Source: a candidate division FCPU426 bacterium (GTDB lineage: Bacteria; Oederibacteriota; Muellerivitia; Muellerivitales; Muellerivitaceae). Taken from it: DNA of 18,235 nt. Under the pieces are notes generated by a model, which was not told the DNA's origin, made no database searches, and saw only the letters and a program-made list of their open reading frames with translations. A program made the translations under genes and the position numbers. This document shows, one piece after another, positions 1 to 8,020 of the stretch; the first letter of the stretch is position 1, and each line of letters begins with the position of its first letter. The stretch covers positions 1 through 18,235 of the forward strand of contig CAWHOE010000003.1 of the NCBI GenBank assembly GCA_963830915.1, in the 5' to 3' direction.

Positions 1-427
1 GGATCGTCGCCGAGTCCTCGATGACCAGGATATTCTTGTTCCCGGCCGTTTCCTTCGTCGCCTTGTCCCCTTCCCCATCCAACAGCTCATGGATCCGCTG
101 GATCAGCTCTTGTTTTTGGTCCTTACGGTAGGACCCTTTCATCGGCGGGATGTTCCATCCGGCCGCGTCCGACCGTTCCGAATAGATCAGCAGGGGCGCC
201 CTGAGACCCTGGTACTTTTGGGCCAGCTCCTCCGCGGTCAGACCCGGCAGTTCGTTCTCCGACACCACCAGGTCGAAAACCCTTCCCGGAAGGGCCTCTT
301 CCAGCTCCTCGGTGCAGCTCGCTTCCATCGTGCCGTATTCAAGGTATTGCAGTTTGACCGCCAGCAGTTTGCGGTAGGTGGCGTTGCCATCCACCAGCAG
401 GATGGTCTTCCCCTCGTGATTCCCCAT
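1..427 (-). CDS. Multi-receiver response regulator (N-terminal atypical REC domain, then a second REC domain); 3' end outside the window
   Basis: Not in the ORF track because it has no stop in the window. Translated by hand from ATG 427 (RBS GGGGAGGG upstream): MGNHEGKTILLVDGNATYRKLLAVKLQYLEYGTMEA...FDLVVSENELPGLTAEEL...ELIQRIHELLDGEGDKATKETAGNKNILVIEDSATI. The frame is open to the edge and has two REC-type beta1 motifs (ILLVDG, ILVIEDS). Confidence 0.85.
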   Translation of the reverse strand, partial: MGNHEGKTILLVDGNATYRKLLAVKLQYLEYGTMEASCTEELEEALPGRVFDLVVSENELPGLTAEELAQKYQGLRAPLLIYSERSDAAGWNIPPMKGSYRKDQKQELIQRIHELLDGEGDKATKETAGNKNILVIEDSATI

Positions 428-452
428 GGCAGCCCTCCCCTTCCTCGCCCGA

Positions 453-848
453 CTAGGCTTCTTGCTCAGCGGTCATTTCCAGCGTCCTCTCGATCACTTC
501 CCTCAACAGGTTCTGCTCGAAGGGTTTTCGCACCACTTCCCTCACCCCCTGTTTGAACAGGGAATCCAGGACCGATTGGCTCCCTTCCGAACTGATCACG
601 ATCACCTGCAGTTTGGCCAGGAGCGGGTCCTTCCCCATTTGGTCGATCATTTCCTGACCCGACATGCCCGGCATGTTCAGGTCCGCCAGGACCAAGTCCA
701 CCCAGTTCTTGCGCATTTGCTCCAACCCTTCCAGGCCGTTGCCCGCTTCCCATATCTCCCCTAAAGGGAGTCTGGTGAGTTCCAGGGTCTTTCGGATGAT
801 CTTTCGGCTGGTGGATGAATCGTCCACGATCAAGATGTTCAACGCCAT
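453..848 (-). CDS. CheY-like single-domain response regulator
   Basis: 131 aa. ILIVDDS acidic pocket, LVLADLNMP phospho-Asp, VISS, RKPF; no output domain. Confidence 0.92.
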   Translation of the reverse strand: MALNILIVDDSSTSRKIIRKTLELTRLPLGEIWEAGNGLEGLEQMRKNWVDLVLADLNMPGMSGQEMIDQMGKDPLLAKLQVIVISSEGSQSVLDSLFKQGVREVVRKPFEQNLLREVIERTLEMTAEQEA

Positions 849-866
849 GACGCTCTCCCATTGAGT

Positions 867-1364
867 TCAGATTTCAAAGGTCCGCTCTTGGTCCTGGACC
901 GTGACCTTACCGGTCGCCAACTCCAGTCCCAAGGTCCTCCCGGGCCCGCACCTTAAGTCCCGGCTGGCCACGATCAAGCCCTGCATCCAGAACAAGCGCT
1001 GGGCGATCATCAGGTTCCTTTCGCCCACTCCCATTTCCTGCCCTTCCTCGGAGGCACCGCTCCCGGAGAGCTTCACCCTCAGGTCGCCTTTTTGGGCTCC
1101 CAGCCGGTAAAGACCGTTCAGGAATGCCTCCAATCCCGTTTCCCCCAGAGGGACAGGATGGGTCAAGGCCAGGTCCTGGCCCGGTTCGGGAACGGGAATA
1201 TTGAGGTCAAGTATCCCTCCCACCCCGGCCCGTCCGTCCCAGGCCGCCGCCCCGACCCTGAAACCCAGGGGGGTGGTGGAAAGCCGATCTTCGGCGCAAG
1301 AGCTGACACAATGCTCCCCTGGATCGATCACGGTGGTCCTACCTTCCATCTCATTCTTGCTCAC
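867..1364 (-). CDS. cheD: CheD-family protein with degenerate deamidase active site
   Basis: CheD-like layout: VIDPGEHCVS...STTPLGFRVGAAAWD..AGVGGILDLNIP...LRVKLSGSGA...VGERN...DLRCGPGRTL.LELATGKVTV. Probable GTG start at 1364, 6 nt after GGGGAGG (the ORF track starts at 1379). Confidence 0.8.
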   Translation of the reverse strand: MSKNEMEGRTTVIDPGEHCVSSCAEDRLSTTPLGFRVGAAAWDGRAGVGGILDLNIPVPEPGQDLALTHPVPLGETGLEAFLNGLYRLGAQKGDLRVKLSGSGASEEGQEMGVGERNLMIAQRLFWMQGLIVASRDLRCGPGRTLGLELATGKVTVQDQERTFEI

Positions 1365-1415
1365 GGTCCGCCTCCCCAAGGTTTTACGCGCGGGGCCTTT
1401 CGGACCCGCGGTCCT

Positions 1416-1982
1416 TCATTCTTCCGATTTGTAAAGTTTGGCGACCTGGAGCAGTTGGGAACTGATGGACAGCCCGGCCTTCTTGGCCGCGCCCGTGTTC
1501 AGGGTGATGGTGATCCTCTGGCCCACCTGATCGAACTGGATCGCCCCTCCCTTCAGGGGGAAATTCTCGATCTCCGAGACCGTGAGCGTCTTCGCCCCGG
1601 CCAGGCCTTTCATGATCTCCATCAACTGTTCCTTTTCCGAATAGGCGATGAAAAGGATCTGGCATTTGGCCATGGCGGCGACCCTCTGGGGATCGAAACT
1701 GCCGAAGTGTTTGACTGCGAGGGGATGGCCCAGGACCGTTTTCGTGTTCACCGCCTGGGTCAGGGTCTCCCCGAAAGGGTCCTCCCCGACGATGCCGATA
1801 ATGAAGGGGGAATCATCGCTGGCGAAGCTGTTCTTGGGCCAACGGACGAACTGGCTGAAGTTGTAAAGATAGGCCGCTTTGACCCCGTACTCGGTGACTT
1901 CCCCCGCCGCTGGTCCCAGGCCTGCGGCTAGAAGCAGCAAACTAAATGAGAGAGAGAGGATCTTGACCGTTCGTTTTTTCAT
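1416..1982 (-). CDS. YfiR/HmsC-family (DUF4154) periplasmic protein
   Basis: Signal peptide followed by EYGVKAAYLYNFSQFVRWP, IGIVGEDPFG, CQILFI, LTVSE..F...GGAIQF and AKKAGLSISSQLLQVA, which are characteristic of YfiR. Confidence 0.9.
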   Translation of the reverse strand: MKKRTVKILSLSFSLLLLAAGLGPAAGEVTEYGVKAAYLYNFSQFVRWPKNSFASDDSPFIIGIVGEDPFGETLTQAVNTKTVLGHPLAVKHFGSFDPQRVAAMAKCQILFIAYSEKEQLMEIMKGLAGAKTLTVSEIENFPLKGGAIQFDQVGQRITITLNTGAAKKAGLSISSQLLQVAKLYKSEE

Positions 1983-1993
1983 CTTCCTGTCCT

Positions 1994-2508
1994 TTAATTC
2001 GAGGTGGACTCGGCCCGCTTAGCGGGTCCGTTGTCCTTGATCCATAGCCGAACCTCGATCGGGAGGTCCTCCGTGATGAAAGCGCAGGCGACGGAAGGGG
2101 CGGCGTTCGGCCAGTCGGCCGGGGTGGTTGGGACCGGCAGGTAGGTCTGGAAAACCTTCCCTTCCGTCCCCCAGAGATAGGTGACCAGGTGTCCGCAGAA
2201 GATATTGACGAACTCGTAGAAGGCGTCCTCCCCTTCCTCCGGACCGCAGGGGTCGCCCGTGGCGTATTGGCAAAGGAGGGAGCCCAGCTGGGGAACGGTG
2301 CGAATGGTCACAAAAGCCCTGGCGTCGCCTTCCAGGCTGACGGACCTTTCCAGGGATAACCGGGCCGGGCCATCCACCGGCGGCCGATATGGCCGGAAGG
2401 CAGATAGACCCATGACTTCAGAACGTTCCTCATGGATTCCATGACGGCCTTCAACTCGGTCTTGGGAAATTCCTCTTGATGCGGTGTTCCAAGAAAAAAA
2501 GGGTCCAT
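1994..2508 (-). pseudogene. cheX: CheX-like (CheC/CheX/FliY family) phosphatase, frameshifted (true lesion or sequence error)
   Basis: ATG 2508 with RBS GGGGAG opens MDPFFLGTPHQEEFPKTELKAVMESMRNVLKSWVYL (frame of ORF 2308..2601). The body SVSLEGDARAFVTIR...DAFYEFVNIFCGHLV...YLP, containing the E-x-x-N motif, lies in the -1 frame (ORF 1994..2413). The switch is inferred at about 2370-2415. Confidence 0.65.
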
Positions 2509-2550
2509 TACTCTCTCCCCAACGTTTTTTAACTTCGGGAAAGGGTTAAC

Positions 2551-2565
2551 GCAAAGGTCGTGCCA
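2551..2565 (-). promoter_or_regulatory. Sigma-54 (-24/-12) promoter of the cheX-yfiR-cheD-cheY operon
   Basis: Minus strand reads TGGCACG-ACCT-TTGC, matching TGGCACG-N4-TTGC, 42 nt upstream of ATG 2508 and next to a sigma-54 activator gene. Confidence 0.9.
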
Positions 2566-2627
2566 GTCAGGTTGGGGATGGTTTGAAGGGAAATGAGGCA
2601 AAAGGTAACGGAACCTGGGTAAAGAAA

Positions 2628-2664
2628 CGTCCAGGGATTGGACGGGTCGTCCAGAATCTGGACG
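2628..2664. promoter_or_regulatory. Tandem palindromic upstream activator sequence (putative bEBP binding sites)
   Basis: CGTCCA-GGGAT-TGGACG (2628-2644) and CGTCCA-GAATC-TGGACG (2648-2664), centres 20 bp apart and about 100-120 bp upstream of the predicted sigma-54 transcription start. Confidence 0.75.
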
Positions 2665-2726
2665 ACCCTTTTAGTTAAAGGGGAAGGTTAAGGTTGGTTG
2701 GATTTACATTATCGCCCGCGGGAGAA

Positions 2727-4073
2727 CTATTCCAAATGGTATTTCTTGATCTTGGCCAACAGGGTGGTCCGGCTCACGCCCAGATGTTTGGCCGCCTTGG
2801 TCTTGTGGCCCTGGAATTCCTTCAGGACCCGCGCGATATTTTCCTTCTCCGATTCTTCCCGGCTCAGCGCCCCCGCCTGGGCCGTCTTGTCGGAAGCGCT
2901 TGGCTTGCGGATCAGTTCAGCCGGCAGGTCCCTCACGGTCAGGGTCTCGCCCGTGGCATAGAGAATGGCCCTTTCCATGACATTCTTCAGTTCCCGAACA
3001 TTCCCCGGCCAGTCGTAGGTGGTCAAAAGGTCCAGGACCGGCTTGGTCAAGGGACCGAGTTTTTTGCCGAAATCCTTGGAAATATCGTTGAAAAAGAAGC
3101 GGGCCAATTCCCGGATGTCATCCGGCCGGGAGCGCAGGGGCGGAAGGGTGATGGAGGCGACGTTCAGACGGTAAAAAAGATCGGCCCGGAACCGGCCTGC
3201 CTTGACCTCCTGGTTCAGGTCCCGGTTGGTGGCCGCCACGATCCTTACGTCGATCTTGGTCTCCCTGGTCCCCCCCAGCCTGCGAAGGCTTTTTTGTTCC
3301 AGCACCTTCAAGAGCTTGGTCTGGACCGTCAGGGGAAGTTCCCCGACTTCGTCGAGGAATATGGTGCCCTGGTTGGCCACCTCGAACAACCCGGGCTTGG
3401 ACTTGCGCGCGTCCGTAAAGGCCCCCGGCTCATAGCCGAACAGTTCGGATTCCAGCAGATTCTCCGGCATGGCCCCGCAATGGAGTTCCATGAAGGGCGC
3501 GGAAGTGCGAGCGGAAAGCACATGGATCAGCTTGGCCGCGTGTTCCTTGCCCGTTCCCGTCTCGCCCAGGATCAGCACAGTCACCGAGGGCTGGAGGGCC
3601 GCCTGCTCGATCTGTTGGTAGACCTTCTGCATGGCCGGGTCGGAAAGGAAGAGATAGTCCTTTTGATAAAGGACCTTGTGATGGTTCTTCAGGGCCGCCA
3701 CGTCCCGGCGCAGTCCCCTTTTCTCCTCGATGCGCTTCAATAACAGTTCCAGCTCCTCCAGGTTCAGGGGCTTGGCCAGGTAATCCTCCGCGCCCCGCTG
3801 GATGGCCTCCACCGCCACCTTCAGGTCCACGTTGGCCGTGATCATCACCACCGAAACGCCCGGCTGGGTGGTCATGACCACTTTCAACAGGTCCAGCCCC
3901 GTCCCGTCGGGCAGATGGACGTCCAGCAGGATCAGCTCGGGGGAGAGTGTCTCCGCCTTTTGCAGGCCCTCCGCCACCGTCGCGGCGGTCCCGACCTCGT
4001 AGCCCAGGTCGCCGAGGAAAGAGGACATCAGGTCCAGGATGGATTTCTCGTCGTCCACCAGAAGTATTTTCAC
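2727..4073 (-). CDS. Sigma-54-dependent response regulator, NtrC/AtoC/ZraR family (REC-AAA+-Fis HTH)
   Basis: REC (ILLVDDE, LLDVHLPD), Walker A GETGTGKE, ESELFG, GAFTDA, Walker B FLDEV, RADLFYRL, WPGNVRELKN, HTH KTKAAKHLGVSRTTL. GTG start overlaps the kinase stop (GTGA, 4070-4073). Confidence 0.96.
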   Translation of the reverse strand: MKILLVDDEKSILDLMSSFLGDLGYEVGTAATVAEGLQKAETLSPELILLDVHLPDGTGLDLLKVVMTTQPGVSVVMITANVDLKVAVEAIQRGAEDYLAKPLNLEELELLLKRIEEKRGLRRDVAALKNHHKVLYQKDYLFLSDPAMQKVYQQIEQAALQPSVTVLILGETGTGKEHAAKLIHVLSARTSAPFMELHCGAMPENLLESELFGYEPGAFTDARKSKPGLFEVANQGTIFLDEVGELPLTVQTKLLKVLEQKSLRRLGGTRETKIDVRIVAATNRDLNQEVKAGRFRADLFYRLNVASITLPPLRSRPDDIRELARFFFNDISKDFGKKLGPLTKPVLDLLTTYDWPGNVRELKNVMERAILYATGETLTVRDLPAELIRKPSASDKTAQAGALSREESEKENIARVLKEFQGHKTKAAKHLGVSRTTLLAKIKKYHLE

Positions 4074-6968
4074 GCCTTACCTCCTTCGCCCAAGGGAAGA
4101 CGCAGGATGAAAACCGTCCCCTTGGGCTTCCCGCGCTCCACCGTGATCCGTCCCCCGTACTCCCCGGCGATCCTTTGGCTCAGGGCCAGGCCCAGTCCCG
4201 ACCCCGTCTCCTTGGTGGTGAAAAAGGGCTCGAACAGGCGGTTCATGTCCTTCTCCGGGACACCTGGTCCGGTGTCCGCCACCGAGATGAGCGCCCAATC
4301 CCCCTCTTTTTTGAGCCCGATGGTCAGGTTCCCGCCATCCGGCATGATCTGGTGGGCGTTCAAGAAAAGGTTGACCAGTATCTGTTGGATCCTCTGGGGA
4401 TGGGCCATGACCGTCAACCCTTGCGCCGGCAGGTCCCATTGGACCAACACCCGGACATGGGACGGACCGTATTGCACCTGGCTCAAACGGAGGGAGCTTT
4501 CTAGCAGGGGCTTGAGGGGGCAGGGTTCCTTATCCAGCGTCTTCTCGTTGCGGGAGAAACCCAGGGTGTCCTGGACCAGCCTTTCCAACCTTTCGGATTG
4601 TTCCATGATGGTGTCGGCGAAGCCCTTTTCCCCGCTCTTGGCTTCCCGTCGTTTCATCAGCTGGCCGATGGTATAGATCGCCGACAAGGGATTGCGGATT
4701 CTCATGGGCCATGCCGGCCGACATCTGCCCGATGGCGGAGAGCCGTTCGACCTTCATGAGGGCCTGTTCGGCCTCTTTGCGCTCGGTCACGTCCCGATAA
4801 TTGAAGATGATCCCTTTTACCGAGGGATGGTCCAACAGGTTGCTCGCCAGCACTTCCAAATGGCGGTAAGAACCGTCCTTATGCATGCCCCGTACCTCCG
4901 CGGAGGCGGAAGCGCCGGGTTTGCCCATGAATTCCTGGAAGGCCTGGGTGACCCGAGCCCTATCCTCCGGATGGGCGATCTCCAGGAAACTTTGACCCAT
5001 CCTCTCCTCCGGGGAGTAGCCCATGACCTTGCGGATGGAGGGGCTGACGTACTTGGTCTTGCCGTCCAAACCGACGATGGAGATGACATCGTTGGAATTC
5101 TCGATCAGGTTGCGGAATTTCTCCTCCGATTGGCGCAGGGCCTCCTCAGCGTTGACTTGGTCGGTCACATCCCGGGCCGTCCCGATGATCCCCTGGACCG
5201 CCGGATCCGCCATCAGGTTCAAACCCGTGTAATCCATGACCCGCCAGGACCCATCCTTGTGGCGCATCCTCATCCTGTCCCGAACGACCGTGTTGGCCGG
5301 TATCCCGGGGATATCTTTGTAGGTCATCCGTCCCGGCCGGTGAGCGTCCTCCGGATGCACCAGGTCGATGTTCCTGATCCCAAGAAGTTCCTTCGGCTCA
5401 TAACCCAGGACCCTTTTGGCCGAAGGGCTGACGTAACGGAACCTGCCATCCTGATCGAGGACGACGAGGACATCGTAGGTATTTTCCGTCAGGGCCCGGT
5501 AATACCTTTCTTTTTGTTCGATCGCCTCCTCAGCTTTCCTTTTTTCCGTCACATCCCGCCCGTTGACGATGATCCCGCCGACGGCCGGGTCGTCCAGCAG
5601 GTTGGTCAGGACCATGTCGGCATCGATGGTATTCCCGTCTTTTCTCAGGACTTTCAATTGGGCCTGGATCGGCACGCCCGGATTGTCCAAGGCCTTTTGG
5701 AAGACCGCCCTGGCCTTTTCCCTATCCTCCGGAGGCTGGCCGTCAAAAGTGAGCCCGCCCCGCTCGCCGGGCTTGAACCCCAGGACCCGCTCCAGCGACG
5801 GGCTTTCGTATAGCCTTTTTCCTTCCCGGTCCAGGACCGTGATAAGGTCGTAGGAATTCTCGATCAGGCTGCGGAATTTGGCTTCCGACCGCCGAAGGTC
5901 CTCTTCCGCTTTTTTCCTCTGGGAAATGTCGCGCACCGAGGCCAGTACCACCGGCTGATTGTCGATGCTCTCCACCCTCAAGGCGACCTCGGTCGGGAAA
6001 AGGGTCCCGTCGTCCAAACGCCGGGAAACCCACTCGAAGACCTGGGGGCCCTTGGTCCCGGCCTGCCGTATCTTATCCGTCGCTTTCTCGAAGCTGTAAT
6101 CATCCGAGACGGCGCTGATAAGCTTGAAATCGGCCTCAATGAGTTCCTGACGGGTGGCCCCGAACATCCGGGCCGCGGTCTCGTTCACGTCCAGCACTTT
6201 TCCCGTCCGGCCGTCATGGACGAAGATCCCGTCGTTCAGGGCGTTGAAAAGAGTGCGGTAGTTCCCCTGGGCCCTCATGCGTTTGCCGCTCATCCAGGCG
6301 CCCAGCAGGATGATGAAAAGATAGAGGGCGTAATCCTCCAGGTACATGCCGGGGATGGTGGCGGCGTCCACCTGGATGTCATTGGCGAAAGCGAAGAAAC
6401 CAAAGGATATGGAAAGGATCAGGGGCCAGGCCTTGTCCTTTTGCCCCCTCTGCAAGAGCTTCCGGATGGTCTGCATGCAATAAGCGATCAAGACCACGTA
6501 GACCAGGTACAGCAGGTAGGTCAGCAGGTTCTCTCCGCAGTCCAGGGTGGTCAAATGCTCCCCCCAAGGGGCGATGGTGTATTTCAGGCCCGTTAAATGG
6601 GGATAAGCCAGGTTGGTCGGCAGAAGGGCCTTGCCCAACCCCAACAGCAAAGCCGAAATGGAGATGAAAGAGAGTAACTTTTTGGGAAGGTAATCGGCGT
6701 AAAAACCCACGAACCAGGGCAGGATCATCATGATCATTCGGGCGAAAAAGATCTCGAATCTAACGATCAGAAAACAGGATGCCAGATCGGTCGAATGGTA
6801 TTTGAGGAAGATGGATAAGGCGTGGGCGGAAGCGGAAAGACAAAGGAAACTGTAAAGGATGGATTGGTATTCCTTCCGGAAGCTCCGCAGATTGATCAGG
6901 TAATTGAGCCCGGTATACAGGAAGGTGGAGGCGAAAAGTAGATAGATGACGGTCGAGATCGTGAGCAT
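4070..6968 (-). pseudogene. Membrane sensor histidine kinase (multi-TM N-terminus, 4 PAS, HisKA, HATPase_c) interrupted by a 1-bp insertion at about 4700
   Basis: ORF 4530..6968 has about 7 hydrophobic segments and four PAS/PAC repeats (ending RDISQRK, RDVTEKR, RDVTDQV, RDVTERK) up to AGMAHE. ORF 4070..4705 continues IRNPL...QILVNLFLNA...VADTGPGV...FEPFFTTK..GSGLGL. Removing one A from GAG-AATCCGC restores AHEIRNPL and a single 965-aa protein. Confidence 0.9.
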
Positions 6969-7074
6969 GATTCGTATTTTAGGGGAACTACCGCTTTTTC
7001 ACTACCATCACATCTTTGGTATTAAATATAGGAATTTCCGTTCAAGGAGCGTTCATCAACGATATTTTGACTCT

Positions 7075-7614
7075 TCAACTCACGGCCTCTTTCCATTTCA
7101 ATCTCTTCATCACGATCTCCAGGACAAAGCCCACCAGCACGGCGCAGGCCAAGCCTAAGGTCGTTTCAATGAAACGGTCCCTCGCGTAGGTCCAGGGAGC
7201 GTCTCCATGGAAGAGAATGACGATGCCAGTGATATAGCCAGTGACCCTTTGGGCGTCCCTCAAACCGATCAAGTCGCACAACAGGATGGCCAACAGGACC
7301 CCCACCGCCATGATCAGGGGATTATGGCCCAGAAGGGTCCCCATCAACGCGCCCCAAAAGGCGCCGATCAGGTTCCCTACCAGGCGTGAAAGCCCCATTT
7401 TTCGAGTGATCTCGGGCGAACTATCGGTGACCACGACCGCAGCGATGACCGCGTAGATGGGATAGTCCATGCCCAAACGCAAAGCCGCCAGGGCCGCCAG
7501 CAAGCTGGCCAATGAGGCCCTTAGTCCAATTTGGAGTCCGTGTTCCAATGTTTGTTTTAATTTTTCTTTTGGTTTCTGGATATTTTTATTTTTTGAAGCG
7601 GGTTTTCTTGGCAA
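7075..7614 (-). CDS. FUSC / aromatic acid exporter-family membrane protein
   Basis: YPIYAVIAAVVV...GLSRLVGNLIGA...YARDRFIETTLG pattern with several TM segments; TTG start after GGGGAG. Confidence 0.8.
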   Translation of the reverse strand: MPRKPASKNKNIQKPKEKLKQTLEHGLQIGLRASLASLLAALAALRLGMDYPIYAVIAAVVVTDSSPEITRKMGLSRLVGNLIGAFWGALMGTLLGHNPLIMAVGVLLAILLCDLIGLRDAQRVTGYITGIVILFHGDAPWTYARDRFIETTLGLACAVLVGFVLEIVMKRLKWKEAVS

Positions 7615-7656
7615 TTTCTCCCCCTTTTCTTTAATTGCTTACCAGGGCGGACATTC

Positions 7657-7989
7657 TTACTTACCCTTCTTTTCCTCCGGAAAGAACAGGATGGTGAATA
7701 ACAGCCAACTATAGAGGGGTATCTTATCCATCAAGGTCAGAACCCCCATCCCTATCAACCCCGCCGTGGATAGGGTGATGAACGCGAACTTGATCATTCC
7801 AGATATAGGCGATGACCGATTCATGCGTGTCATGAAAAAGTCACGGGCGGAAAGTAATAGGAACGCCGCGAGGGAGACACCCAGGGAAATCCAAACCATT
7901 GGCCAATTGAAATTCCCGCTTCCCGTACTGACCATCGCCCCTAGGGTGATGATGAACACCACCAGGACGATAAAAAGATTCCTTTTCAT
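7657..7989 (-). CDS. Hypothetical small membrane protein (about 4 TM)
   Basis: 110 aa, four hydrophobic stretches; fits between co-oriented neighbours. Confidence 0.7.
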   Translation of the reverse strand: MKRNLFIVLVVFIITLGAMVSTGSGNFNWPMVWISLGVSLAAFLLLSARDFFMTRMNRSSPISGMIKFAFITLSTAGLIGMGVLTLMDKIPLYSWLLFTILFFPEEKKGK

Positions 7990-8020
7990 CCGCTCGCCTC
8001 GTTCATTTTAAAGTTGGTTG

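Noticed and set aside
1388..1411. GC-rich hairpin with GAAA loop between yfiR and cheD
   Set aside because: One mismatch and no U-tract on the coding strand, so it cannot be called a terminator.
2628..2668. Repeat pair as a CRISPR remnant or intrinsic terminator of the bEBP gene
   Set aside because: Only two 17-bp units with a 3-bp gap and no cas genes. The T-run is on the plus strand, opposite to bEBP transcription. Position fits an enhancer better.
3408..3426. GAFTDA instead of GAFTGA in the bEBP
   Set aside because: The Phe and Thr that contact sigma-54 are intact, this variant occurs in other bEBPs, and a sigma-54 promoter is adjacent. It is not evidence of lost function.
2694..5813. 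Long plus-strand ORFs (2694..3743, 3915..4676, 4692..5813; also 1092..1931, 11173..12135, 12479..13669)
   Set aside because: They are antisense shadows of well-supported minus-strand genes in GC-rich DNA and show no recognisable motifs.
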